From NCBI GenBank assembly GCA_041687435.1, contig JAWLBX010000004.1, forward strand, positions 52,341 to 116,340: a stretch of 64,000 nt of DNA, read 5' to 3'. The notes beneath the pieces are model-generated. The model saw only the letters and a program-made list of their open reading frames with translations. It made no database searches and was not told the DNA's origin. Origin of the DNA: Alphaproteobacteria bacterium. Lineage in GTDB: Bacteria; Pseudomonadota; Alphaproteobacteria; Bin95. Positions 1-9,348 of this stretch are shown in pieces; position 1 is the first letter of the stretch; the number at the start of each line of letters is the position of its first letter. The position numbers and the translations under genes were made by a program.

Positions 1-823
1 TGAACTGCGGCGGCACGTCCTTCGCACCTTCGAACTGGGTGACCATTTCGCATTCGGTGACGGTGATTTCGCCGAGGCAGACCGCAAAGCCCAACTCCTC
101 CGGCACAAATTCCACCTCCACCTCACCCAGGCGGATTTCGCCGGCGAACGGGTGAACGCCGCCGAAGCCGCGCTGGGTGGAATAGCCCATGGAAAGAACA
201 AAGCCTTCGTCGCCGCGGAACAGGTTTTGCAGGCGCTGGTCGCGGCCGGCGGGAAAGCGCATCGGCTCGCGCGTCAGGTCGAACGGCTCCTCGCCCTCCG
301 TCTGCGGTGCGGAGGCGGGTTCCATCAGGCCCTGGGCGCCCAGCAGTTCGGCGACCCGCGGCATCTGTTCCGCCACGGGCTCGTCCGCGGCGGGTGTTTC
401 CGGCGCCGGCCGGTTTTCATCCAGCAGCGAGAAATCCAGCAGGCGGTGGGTATAGTCGTAGGTCGGCCCCAAAACCTGCCCGCCCGGCAAATCCTTGAAC
501 GTCGCGGAAATTCGCCGGCCAATGGCCATTTGGCTGGTGTCGATCGGCTGGGTATAGCCGAATCGCGGCAGGGTGGTGCGGAAGGCGCGCAGCAGGAACA
601 CGGCTTCGACCAGATCGCCCTGGGCCTGTTTGATCGCCAGCGCCGCGAGTTCGGGGTCGTAGAGCGAACCTTCTGTCATGACGCGCGCAACGGCGAGTGC
701 CATCTGTTCCTGAATTTGCCTGACGGAGAGTTCCGGTACGGCAGGGTCGCCGCGGCGGGTTTCGGCCAGCAGGTCGTGCGAGTTCTCAATCGCCCGCTCC
801 CCGCCTTTGACGGCTACATACAT
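1..823 (-). CDS. phnI: C-P lyase complex subunit PhnI (3' part runs off the window)
   Basis: Hand translation from ATG at 823 gives MYVAVKGGERAIENSHDLLAETRRGDPAVPELSVRQIQEQM...VMTEGSLYDPELAALAIKQAQGDLVEAVFLLRAFRTTLPR, the typical PhnI N-terminus. Lies directly after phnH. Not in the ORF track. Confidence 0.95.
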   Translation of the reverse strand, partial: MYVAVKGGERAIENSHDLLAETRRGDPAVPELSVRQIQEQMALAVARVMTEGSLYDPELAALAIKQAQGDLVEAVFLLRAFRTTLPRFGYTQPIDTSQMAIGRRISATFKDLPGGQVLGPTYDYTHRLLDFSLLDENRPAPETPAADEPVAEQMPRVAELLGAQGLMEPASAPQTEGEEPFDLTREPMRFPAGRDQRLQNLFRGDEGFVLSMGYSTQRGFGGVHPFAGEIRLGEVEVEFVPEELGFAVCLGEITVTECEMVTQFEGAKDVPPQF

Positions 824-826
824 GCC

Positions 827-1438
827 TCAGGCCTCCTCAATCGAAATGCTGCGCGGCAGGCACATGACCTGACTGCCGGCGGTCAGGATCACGTCGACCC
901 CGCTGGGGTAGAGAGCGTGGTTATCGGCCCATTGCCGGATAAAGCCGGCCGGGAGCCCTTTCGGCGCCGCCTCTATGCTTCCCTTGATGCCGGGGCCTTG
1001 CCAGCGTAGCGCTGTGCCGCCGGTCAGGCTTTCTATGGCGTAAATCAGCGTTACCGAGCGCTCGGGATATTGTGGTTCACCGATGGGGAAGGCGTGCAGA
1101 GGGGGAGCGTTTTCCATATCGGCGATCACTGCGAAAGCCGCGCGGTCCTTGCGGTCGGTCAGCGGGCAGCCGCAATGAAAGCGCAGATATGCCTCTGCCT
1201 GGCGGCTCGCCACTGCCGGATCGAGCCAGACTGGCGTATCCTGATCGAACAGGGTGAGCGCCAGCGCCGTCAGCGCAGGCGTCCAGCCGTCCGGTATGCC
1301 GGCCGGCTCGGGCAGCGTGCGGCAATGGGCCGGGCGGGCCATCGCATCGAGCACCGAGCGGAAACTGCGCTGCGCGTCGTGGACGGGATTGGAAAAGCCC
1401 GGCAACAAAGTGTCGGCTGAATGGGCAAGGGCGGTCAT
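827..1438 (-). CDS. phnH: C-P lyase subunit PhnH
   Basis: GFSNPVHDAQRSFRSVLDAMARP, LTLFDQDTPVWL, LRFHCG, YPERSVTL, GPGI, LPRS motifs; lies between phnG and phnI. Confidence 0.95.
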   Translation of the reverse strand: MTALAHSADTLLPGFSNPVHDAQRSFRSVLDAMARPAHCRTLPEPAGIPDGWTPALTALALTLFDQDTPVWLDPAVASRQAEAYLRFHCGCPLTDRKDRAAFAVIADMENAPPLHAFPIGEPQYPERSVTLIYAIESLTGGTALRWQGPGIKGSIEAAPKGLPAGFIRQWADNHALYPSGVDVILTAGSQVMCLPRSISIEEA

Positions 1439-1884
1439 TTCGGATTGTCTCCGCGCACGACGGTAAAGAATTCGACCTTGGTGGACGCGGCTTTCCTGCC
1501 CCGGTCGTTCCTGGCTTGTGCAAGCTCTGCTACCAATGGTGGAATAGCCTGGCCTGCCAATGCCGGGTTCTGCTGGAATATGGCATCCAGCAGGGCCACC
1601 AATTCGGCCTTCCTATGTGCGCGGCCGGCAGCGTAACCGAACCCTAGCGTGCCATCCGCGAGCCGGACCGTTGCCCGGGTAACGGTCATCTCTCCCATGT
1701 TGAAAGGCGCACCACTCCCGCCCATTCGGCCCCGGACCATGACGGCACCGGTTTCTGCTGGACGTATCCAGGTATAGTCATCGCCGCCAGAAAGTGTCTT
1801 CCATGTCTTGTCCAAAGTCTGTGCATCGATTTTGGGCAAAACGGACAGCCATTCATGGCGATTTGTTCTTATTTCGTAATCCAT
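1435..1884 (-). CDS. phnG: C-P lyase subunit PhnG
   Basis: RPAETGAVMVRGRMGGSGAPFNMGEMTVTRA...ASTKVEFFTVVRG; start placed at ATG 1884 (about 149 aa) rather than the ORF-track start. Confidence 0.93.
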   Translation of the reverse strand: MDYEIRTNRHEWLSVLPKIDAQTLDKTWKTLSGGDDYTWIRPAETGAVMVRGRMGGSGAPFNMGEMTVTRATVRLADGTLGFGYAAGRAHRKAELVALLDAIFQQNPALAGQAIPPLVAELAQARNDRGRKAASTKVEFFTVVRGDNPK

Positions 1885-1997
1885 TGTGCATTTCTTTTTG
1901 GTTGCAAACCTACCTGCCAGAGGTATAGCTTTTCGTGCGAAATGGGTGCTCACAGACCGTCCGGCGACGATCGCACCCCACGATTTATCCTAGACAA

Positions 1998-2015
1998 GTG
2001 ACACCAAAATGACAG
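1998..2015 (-). promoter_or_regulatory. Putative Pho box (PhoB site) upstream of phnG
   Basis: Minus strand reads CTGTCAT-TTTG-GTGTCAC, against the consensus CTGTCAT-N4-CTGTCAY; phn operons are classic Pho-regulon members. Confidence 0.65.
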
Positions 2016-2743
2016 TGGCAGAGGTCTTGATCCGTGGCGAGGGCGTGCCGCTCTGGCGCCAGATTGCCCGGCAAATCGAGCATGATATCCGCTCGAATGT
2101 GTTGCGGCCGGGGGATAAGCTGCCGACCGAATGGGAATTAACCCATCGGTTCGGCGTGAACCGGCACACGGTTCGGCGCGCATTGGCGGCGCTGGCGGAA
2201 TCCGGCGCGGTGCGGGCGGAGCAGGGGCGAGGCACCTTTGTTCAGGAAGGGCTGCTCGACTACCCGATCACCCGCAAGACCCGATTTTCGGCCACGATCC
2301 GCTCGCAGGCGAAGGAGCCCAAAGGCGAGATGATCACTGTGTCGGAGGAACGGGCCGGCGCCCGCATCGCATCGTCCCTGGAAATCGAGCCGGGCACCGT
2401 GGTCTGCCGGTTGGACGTGCTGCGCCGGGCCGATGGCCAACCCATGTCTCTGACCACCCACATCTATGAAAAGGCCCGCTTCCCCCAATTGGTGCGGGAA
2501 TACCGCAACACAGGGTCGTTGACCGACGCCTTGCGGGAAGCCGGCGTCGCCGATTTCTCCCGGCTGCGCACGCAGGTAACTGCCCGTCTGCCCTCGCCGG
2601 AGGAAACACGGCTGTTACAGGTGGCCAAGACGCGGCCTTTGCTGGTAACCGAATCGGTCGATGTGGATCGCGCCGGCCTTCCCATTGGTATCGGCACAGC
2701 GCGCTTTCCGGCCGACCGGGTGCAACTGGTCTTCGAGCCGTAA
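2009..2743 (+). CDS. phnF: Phosphonate metabolism GntR/HutC-family regulator PhnF
   Basis: wHTH LPTEWELTHRFGVNRHTVRRAL...EQGRGTFV plus a C-terminal UTRA domain; divergent from phnG. Confidence 0.92.
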   Translation: MTVAEVLIRGEGVPLWRQIARQIEHDIRSNVLRPGDKLPTEWELTHRFGVNRHTVRRALAALAESGAVRAEQGRGTFVQEGLLDYPITRKTRFSATIRSQAKEPKGEMITVSEERAGARIASSLEIEPGTVVCRLDVLRRADGQPMSLTTHIYEKARFPQLVREYRNTGSLTDALREAGVADFSRLRTQVTARLPSPEETRLLQVAKTRPLLVTESVDVDRAGLPIGIGTARFPADRVQLVFEP

Positions 2744-2759
2744 ACCCGGCGCCGGCGCC

Positions 2760-3743
2760 CTACTTCGCCAGCGCGTCCGCCACCTCCCGAAGCTGGGTGC
2801 GCGCGCGCAGCAGGTAGAAACCCTGTGCGGAGAGGTGCGATGGCACAATCAGCCCATCCTGCGCGCCGTTGGCAACAATGTAGGGGTACATGTCGGCTGC
2901 CACCCGCAGGCTGGACAGCATCTGTGCCCAAATCTCCGTGGTTTCCTTGTCGCCAATAACCGAGTCGAAATCGACACCGATATCGCGCAGCAGCAGATAG
3001 TAGGCGTAGACACGCCCCTTGATATTCATGAACAGGTCGTCAGCCTGGCTGTCGAAATAGCCGGCATTGCTTTCCAGTGTGCGCTTGTCCAGCGCGGCGC
3101 TGGCGGCGCCCAGGTCGGCAGCGATTCGGTCCAGCAACCCGATCAGATTATCGGCGCGCTTGTCGTACACGGCATTGCCCATCGCGAGGCGCTCATTATA
3201 GCGGCGCAGCGCCTCGGCGCCCTCTCTGTAGAGAACATGCGAGGGCTTTTGCAGCAGAATGCTGCCGCGGGACAGATACCAGCGTTTGCCCTCGGTCTTG
3301 AGCAAGCCCGCGGCCCTGTCCAAGTCCGGGTCGATGGCGCTGGATCCGCGGGTGCGGCCGAGCTGGTCGCCCATTTCCACGGCAAACCGGGCAATCGCAT
3401 ACATCATGCCCGTCTGGAAGTTCGGCATATAGGTGAGGACCGAGCCCGGATGCCAGAATGGCAGGTTGGGCGCCCATCGCTCCGATTCGTTTTCGATCAG
3501 GGTGATCGCGGTCGCCACCGCCTTGCTGCCACCTGGCATGTAGACCGGCGGCTGCGGTTCCAGCGAGACGTCGTCGGCGACTTTGTAGAAAACGGCCATG
3601 CCGATCGGATAATACAGCAGCATGATGGCAGCGAGGGCCAGGATCGGCCATTTGATCCACGGGTTCCGTCCTGCCCAGGATTTGTTGAACTTTTGGGTTG
3701 CGGCCACCGGCAGGCGGCGCACTCTTCCCAACAGTTGGCGCAT
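2760..3743 (-). CDS. DUF2333-like membrane-anchored protein
   Basis: N-terminal TM helix; MPNFQTG, GRTRGSSAIDPDL, RADNL, ADDLF and NGAQDGLIVPSHL motifs. Confidence 0.75.
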   Translation of the reverse strand: MRQLLGRVRRLPVAATQKFNKSWAGRNPWIKWPILALAAIMLLYYPIGMAVFYKVADDVSLEPQPPVYMPGGSKAVATAITLIENESERWAPNLPFWHPGSVLTYMPNFQTGMMYAIARFAVEMGDQLGRTRGSSAIDPDLDRAAGLLKTEGKRWYLSRGSILLQKPSHVLYREGAEALRRYNERLAMGNAVYDKRADNLIGLLDRIAADLGAASAALDKRTLESNAGYFDSQADDLFMNIKGRVYAYYLLLRDIGVDFDSVIGDKETTEIWAQMLSSLRVAADMYPYIVANGAQDGLIVPSHLSAQGFYLLRARTQLREVADALAK

Positions 3744-3825
3744 GCGCCACTCTCCCCATATGGAATATATCGAACGATCCGACGCCCTCTAAATAGGTCG
3801 TTGATACGCTGCCGAAAGAGATTTC

Positions 3826-6447
3826 ATGCGAACGGACGAGCCACAGACCATCCGCCTTGCCGATTACCGCCCCCCGGCCTTTCTGGTCGAGAATGTGGCC
3901 CTGATCTTTGACCTGGACGATCACGCGACGGTGGTAGAGGCGGCGCTGCAGTTCCGCCGCAATCCGGACCATGGCGACGACACGGCACCGCTGCACCTGC
4001 ATGGCGAGGCGCTGGAGGTGTTGGCGATGACGCTGGATGATGCGGCGTTGGACCCGGAGCAGTACACAATCGACGCCGACGGCATGACCATTGCCGGCGT
4101 GCCCGATGCCTTCACGCTGACCAGCCGTGTGCGGATCGACCCGGCCAACAACACCCGGCTGGAAGGGCTTTACCGCACCGGCAGCGCATTCTGCACCCAG
4201 TGCGAGGCGGAAGGTTTCCGCCGCATTACGTTCTTCCCAGACCGCCCGGACGTGATGACCACGTTTCGCGTCACCATCCGCGCCGACCGCGAGGCCTGTC
4301 CGGTGCTGCTCTCGAACGGCAATCTGGTGGACGAAGGCGGGCTGGACGGTGGACGTCACTATGCCGTCTGGGAGGATCCGCACCCGAAGCCGTCCTACCT
4401 GTTCGCCTTGATCGCCGGCCGGTTGGAAGCGCTGGAGGACTCGTTCCGCACCCAAAGCGGCCGCGATGTGGCGCTTTTCATTTATACGGAGCCGGGCCAA
4501 TCCGCCCGCTCTGCCTATGCCATGGACTCGCTGAAACGGTCCATGAAATGGGATGAGGATGTGTTTGGCCTGGAATACGATCTGGACCGCTTCAACATCG
4601 TCGCCGTCAGCGATTTCAACATGGGCGCGATGGAAAACAAAAGCCTGAACGTCTTCAACTCCAAATACATCCTGGCCGAGCCCGACACGGCAACAGACAG
4701 CGACTATGCCGGTATCGAGCGGGTGGTGGCGCACGAGTATTTCCACAACTGGACCGGCAACCGCGTCACCTGCCGCGACTGGTTCCAACTCTCGCTGAAG
4801 GAAGGGCTGACGGTTTTTCGCGACCAGCAGTTTTCGGCTGACATGCGCGATGGTGCGGTGCAGCGGATCGACGACGTGCGAACGCTGCGCGCCCGGCAGT
4901 TTCCAGAGGATTCGGGTCCGACCGCCCACCCGATCCGGCCGAATTCCTATATGGAGATCAATAACTTCTATACGCCAACCGTCTATGAAAAGGGCGCGGA
5001 GGTGGTGCGATTGCTGTATTCGGCCCTCGGGCCGGATGGCTTCCGCAAGGGCATGGATCTTTACATCGCGCGGCATGACAACCAAGCCGTCACCTGCGAC
5101 GACTTCCGGCACGCCATGGCCGACGCCAATGGCGTGGACCTGGAACATTACGCCGGCTGGTACAGTCAGGCCGGTACGCCGCAGGTTAGCGCGCGCGGCG
5201 TCTATGACCAACTGGGCGAGACCTACACGCTGACGCTGACCCAGCACACGCCACCGACGCCAGGGCAGGCGCAGAAGTGGCCCTTGCCGATCCCTCTTGC
5301 GATGGGGCTGCTGGGGCCGGACGGCCAGGATCTGCCGCTTGTGCTGGATGGCGAGCCGCTGGACCGGCCGGTCATCACGCTGTTGGGCGCGGAGGAGACG
5401 TTTACCTTCGAGCAGGTACCCGTCGCACCCGTTCTTTCGCTCAATCGCGGCTTTTCGGCCCCGATTGTGCTGCGGCAGGAGATCGGCCCGGAAGAACGTG
5501 CGTTTCTGGCCGGTAACGACCCCGACCCATTCAACCGTTGGGAAGCGATGCAGCAACTGGCAACGCAAGCATTGCTCGCCCGTATCGCCGATGCCAGGGT
5601 GGAATGGCCGGCAGCGCTCCTGGACGCGTTCGCCCGCAACCTGATGGCGGACGAGCTGTCCCCTGCCTTCCGCGCCGCACTGCTGACATTGCCGAGCGAG
5701 GATTATCTGGCGGAACAGCAGGCGGTGATCGACCCCGATGCGACCCACGCAGCCCGTGAGGCTCTGCGGTCCGACCTTGCGAACCGGCACGCCGCCGCCT
5801 TCCGCCGGCTGTATGACGGTTATCGCGCCAACGCACCGTTCAGCCCGGATGCCGAGAGTGCCGGGCGGCGGGGATTGCAGAATGTGGCGCTGGCCTATCT
5901 GACCGCCGGGCCAGAAGGCGAGGCGCCGGCGGTGGTTCAGTTCGAGGCGGCTGACAACATGACCGACCATTTGGGCGCGCTCGGCCTGCTCAATCAGAAA
6001 GCCGGGCCGGCACGCGACAAGGCACTGGCCGCCTTCGCCGAGCGTTATGATGCGGAGGCGTTGGTGATGGACAAATGGTTCTCGCTGCAGGCGACGGCTA
6101 CATTGCCGGATGCGGCCTCGCATGTGCGGGAGACAATGCGCCACCCGCGCTTTAGCCTGACGAACCCGAACAAGGTTCGGGCGCTGGTCGGGGCGTTCGC
6201 CATGGCCAATCCCACCGGCTTTCATGCCGCCGACGGCAGCGGTTACGCGTTTCTGGCAGAGCAGATCAAAACGTTGAACGGGCTCAACCCACAGATCGCC
6301 GCCCGGCTGATTGGCCCGTTGGGGCGGTGGCGACGTTACGATAACGCGCGGCAGGAGAAGATGCGTGCCGCCTTGCAGGACATTGCAGCAACGCCCGATC
6401 TGGCGCGTGACCTGCATGAGGTGGTAAGCAAGTCACTTGCCGATTGA
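3826..6447 (+). CDS. pepN: Aminopeptidase N (M1 family)
   Basis: GAMEN motif, HEYFH-X18-E zinc motif, FCTQCEAEGFRRIT; 873 aa. Confidence 0.98.
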   Translation: MRTDEPQTIRLADYRPPAFLVENVALIFDLDDHATVVEAALQFRRNPDHGDDTAPLHLHGEALEVLAMTLDDAALDPEQYTIDADGMTIAGVPDAFTLTSRVRIDPANNTRLEGLYRTGSAFCTQCEAEGFRRITFFPDRPDVMTTFRVTIRADREACPVLLSNGNLVDEGGLDGGRHYAVWEDPHPKPSYLFALIAGRLEALEDSFRTQSGRDVALFIYTEPGQSARSAYAMDSLKRSMKWDEDVFGLEYDLDRFNIVAVSDFNMGAMENKSLNVFNSKYILAEPDTATDSDYAGIERVVAHEYFHNWTGNRVTCRDWFQLSLKEGLTVFRDQQFSADMRDGAVQRIDDVRTLRARQFPEDSGPTAHPIRPNSYMEINNFYTPTVYEKGAEVVRLLYSALGPDGFRKGMDLYIARHDNQAVTCDDFRHAMADANGVDLEHYAGWYSQAGTPQVSARGVYDQLGETYTLTLTQHTPPTPGQAQKWPLPIPLAMGLLGPDGQDLPLVLDGEPLDRPVITLLGAEETFTFEQVPVAPVLSLNRGFSAPIVLRQEIGPEERAFLAGNDPDPFNRWEAMQQLATQALLARIADARVEWPAALLDAFARNLMADELSPAFRAALLTLPSEDYLAEQQAVIDPDATHAAREALRSDLANRHAAAFRRLYDGYRANAPFSPDAESAGRRGLQNVALAYLTAGPEGEAPAVVQFEAADNMTDHLGALGLLNQKAGPARDKALAAFAERYDAEALVMDKWFSLQATATLPDAASHVRETMRHPRFSLTNPNKVRALVGAFAMANPTGFHAADGSGYAFLAEQIKTLNGLNPQIAARLIGPLGRWRRYDNARQEKMRAALQDIAATPDLARDLHEVVSKSLAD

Positions 6448-6475
6448 ACCGCCGACGGAGCGACGAGAGAGCGCC

Positions 6476-7579
6476 ATGCCTGCCCCCTATACCCTGGCTG
6501 AGATCGCGGCCGCCTTGGGCGCTGCGGTGGAGGGCGACGACAGTCTTACGGTGCAGCGTTTGATGCACCCGTTGGAAGCGTCCCGCCCCGATGACCTGAT
6601 TTTCGTGATGGCGCCGGAACTGGCTGCCCGCCTGGGTGAAAGTCCGGTCCGGTCCGCTGTGCTGGCGGAAGGGCTGATGGCGCCGGCCGGCTCGCTCGAC
6701 GCTTGGATCACGGTGCCGCGGGCGCGCTATGCGCTGGGGCTGCTGCTCGATCTGTTCGAGCGGCGGCCGTACAGCCCACCAGGGGTGCATCCCTCCGCTG
6801 TGGTGGAAGCCGGTGCGGAACTGGGCGACGGAGTTTCGGTTGGCGCGCTCGCCTATGTCGGCCCGGGGGCGCGAATCGGTATCGGAACCGTGGTTCTGCC
6901 GCAGGCGTTTGTCGGTGCGGAGGCGCAGGTAGGCGCCGAGTGCCTGATCTATCCGGGTGCACGTATTGGTGAGCGGGTGAAAATCGGCGACCGGGTCATT
7001 ATCCACAACAATGCCAGCATCGGCTCCGACGGTTTTTCCTACGTCACGCCGCAACAGGCGAGTTTCGAGGCGGCCAAATTCGGCGGCGACCAAGTGGCGA
7101 CCCAGATCAAGGGGTTGCGCCGTATCGCGTCCATCGGCACGGTGCGAATCGGCGACGACGTTGAAATCGGTGCATGTGCCGCCGTGGATCGCTCGAACAT
7201 CGGCGCCACCGTAATCGGGCGGGGAACGAAGCTGGATAACCATGTTCAGATCGGGCATAACGTCACGATTGGCGAGGACTGCCTATTTTCCGGCCAAGTC
7301 GGCATCGCCGGCAGTGTCAAGATTGGTAACCGGGTGGTCTTGGCAGGGCAGGTCGGGGTGGCAGATCATCTGGTGATCGGTGACGACGCAGTGGTTGGCG
7401 GTGGCAGTGGCCTGTGGAAAAATGTCGAGCCGGGTCAAGTGGTTGCGGGCTACCCGGCCCTTCCCAAAACCGAAGCCCTGCGCCAGCAGGCGGACTTGGC
7501 CCGCCTACCACGGGTATTGCGCGATGTGGCGGCGCTGAAGCGGCAAGTTGCAGAATTGCTACAAGGCCGCACCGAATAG
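6476..7579 (+). CDS. lpxD: UDP-3-O-acylglucosamine N-acyltransferase
   Basis: Hexapeptide repeats; IGSDGFSY, DDVEIGA, DR, TKLDNHVQIGHNV, GQVGVADH. Confidence 0.93.
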   Translation: MPAPYTLAEIAAALGAAVEGDDSLTVQRLMHPLEASRPDDLIFVMAPELAARLGESPVRSAVLAEGLMAPAGSLDAWITVPRARYALGLLLDLFERRPYSPPGVHPSAVVEAGAELGDGVSVGALAYVGPGARIGIGTVVLPQAFVGAEAQVGAECLIYPGARIGERVKIGDRVIIHNNASIGSDGFSYVTPQQASFEAAKFGGDQVATQIKGLRRIASIGTVRIGDDVEIGACAAVDRSNIGATVIGRGTKLDNHVQIGHNVTIGEDCLFSGQVGIAGSVKIGNRVVLAGQVGVADHLVIGDDAVVGGGSGLWKNVEPGQVVAGYPALPKTEALRQQADLARLPRVLRDVAALKRQVAELLQGRTE

Positions 7580-7665
7580 GCTATCGCCGCCCGGCGGAAA
7601 TCTTGCTATAGGCAACCGAAATCGGCATCGGCAAGATGCCCGGTGCAGTCATATGAGGCAACGGA

Positions 7666-7914
7666 ATGGCGGAAGTACGCGACAAGATCATCCAGATCAT
7701 TGCGACCGAGTGCGAGATCGACGCGGCAAAAATTGTGCCGGAGGCGACGCTGGATGATCTTGGAATCTCTTCGGTCGATTTGGTCCAGGTCATGTTCCAG
7801 ATTGAGGAGGAATTCGACGTTTACCTTGCCGACGAGGAAATCGGCGCGGACACCGAAAGCGTCGGTCAATTGCTCGAAGCGGTCGAAAAGCTGATCGCGG
7901 CGAAGTCGGCCTAA
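7666..7914 (+). CDS. Acyl carrier protein (specialised, NodF/AcpXL-like)
   Basis: Acidic 82-aa protein with ACP pattern ATLDDLGISSVDLVQVMFQIEEEFD; lies between lpxD and a KAS. Confidence 0.88.
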   Translation: MAEVRDKIIQIIATECEIDAAKIVPEATLDDLGISSVDLVQVMFQIEEEFDVYLADEEIGADTESVGQLLEAVEKLIAAKSA

Positions 7915-7923
7915 GGCAGATCC

Positions 7924-9132
7924 ATGCATCGTGTAGTGATTACCGGGGTCGGTTGCGTCTCCGCACTGGGCCTGACGGCGCCTGCGCACATTCAGGCAAC
8001 CCGTGAAGGCGTCAGCGGACTGGCCACGGTAACGCTGGTCGATCCGGACAAATTGAATGCCAAGATCGTGGCCGAAGCCAAAGGCTTCGACATGGCCAAT
8101 TATCTGGACCGCAAAACCATCGGCATGGTCGACCGCGTGGCAGCTTTGGCTCTGGTGGCGGGCGCTGAGGCAATCGCCGATTCCGGGCTGTCCTTCGATG
8201 GCGAATTGGCGGAGCAGACGGCAGTCATTCTCGGCACCGGTGTCGGCGGCATGAACACGGTCGACGACAATTTTTACCGGCTTTATCACGAAGGCGCACA
8301 GCGGCTGCACCCGTTCGTGATTCCGAAGCTGATGGCGAATGCGGCTGCCAGTCAAATCACCATGGCGCATGGGATCAAGGGACCAGCCTACACCATAACT
8401 TCCGCCTGCTCCTCATCCAATCATGCTATCGGCGAGGCGTTCTCCAAGGTGCGCTCCGGCCAAATGCGTGTGGCGGTGACCGGCGGCAGCGAAAGCTGCA
8501 TTACCTTCGGCACCCTGAAAGGGTGGGAGGCACTGCGGGTGATGGCGCCGGATGTCTGCCGCCCGTTCAGCAAGGACCGCAAAGGCATGGTGCTGGGCGA
8601 AGGCTCCGGCATTGTCGTGCTGGAGCGGCTGGAGGATGCGCAGGCGCGCGGTGCGAAGATTTACGGCGAAATTGCCGGATTCGGCATGTCGTCCGATGCG
8701 GGCGACCTGGTGCAGCCATCGGCGGAAGGCGCTGCCAGGGCAATCAGGGGCGCCCTGCGCGATGCTGGTCTGAACCCGGACGATATCGACTACGTCAACG
8801 CGCATGGCACCGGAACGCCTGCAAATGACCCGACGGAAACCGCAGCCCTGAAGCTGGCATTGGGCGAGCGCGCACGCCAGATCGGCATTTCGTCGACCAA
8901 GTCGATGCATGGCCATGCGCTCGGTGCTGCGGGTGCGCTGGAGTTGGTTGCGACCCTGGGTGCGCTGGAAGGCATTCTGCCGCCGACCATCGCCTTCACG
9001 GAGGCCGATCCGGCCTGCGATCTCGACTACATCCCCAATGTCGCACGTGAACTTCCGGTACGTGTGGCGCTGTCGAACAGTTTTGCGTTCGGCGGCTTGA
9101 ATGCAGTTTTGGCGCTGCGCCGTTTCGGCTAA
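7924..9132 (+). CDS. Beta-ketoacyl-ACP synthase (FabF/NodE-like)
   Basis: Catalytic TSACSS, NAHGTGT and STKSMHGH; C-terminal SNSFAFGG; LKGWEALRVMAPDVCRPF resembles NodE. Confidence 0.93.
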   Translation: MHRVVITGVGCVSALGLTAPAHIQATREGVSGLATVTLVDPDKLNAKIVAEAKGFDMANYLDRKTIGMVDRVAALALVAGAEAIADSGLSFDGELAEQTAVILGTGVGGMNTVDDNFYRLYHEGAQRLHPFVIPKLMANAAASQITMAHGIKGPAYTITSACSSSNHAIGEAFSKVRSGQMRVAVTGGSESCITFGTLKGWEALRVMAPDVCRPFSKDRKGMVLGEGSGIVVLERLEDAQARGAKIYGEIAGFGMSSDAGDLVQPSAEGAARAIRGALRDAGLNPDDIDYVNAHGTGTPANDPTETAALKLALGERARQIGISSTKSMHGHALGAAGALELVATLGALEGILPPTIAFTEADPACDLDYIPNVARELPVRVALSNSFAFGGLNAVLALRRFG

Positions 9133-9146
9133 CATCCAGCGCTGGC

Positions 9147-9222
9147 GGGCCTGTAGTTCAGCGGTCAGAACGCGCGGCTCATAACCGTGTTGTCGCAGGT
9201 TCGAATCCTGCCGGGCCCACCA
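9147..9222 (+). tRNA. tRNA with CAT anticodon, most likely tRNA-Ile2 (lysidine)
   Basis: GGGCCTG/CGGGCCC acceptor stem, CTCATAA loop, GGTTCGAATCC T-arm, encoded CCA. The GGGCC acceptor (C4-G69, C5-G68) fits Ile2 rather than Met or fMet. Confidence 0.93.
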
Positions 9223-9348
9223 TATCCCTCATCCATTCTACCAACGGTCGAACCGGAAACCGCTTTCACCTGGAGGTGAAAGCGATTCTGCTATATGCTT
9301 CAATCACCAGAGGCGGGGTTTCAACCCCTCTGAGTGGAGGAATGTCCG

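Noticed and set aside
3196-6417. 1073-aa ORF antisense to pepN
   Set aside because: Shadow frame caused by GC-rich codon bias. It has no recognisable motifs, and the opposite strand is clearly pepN.
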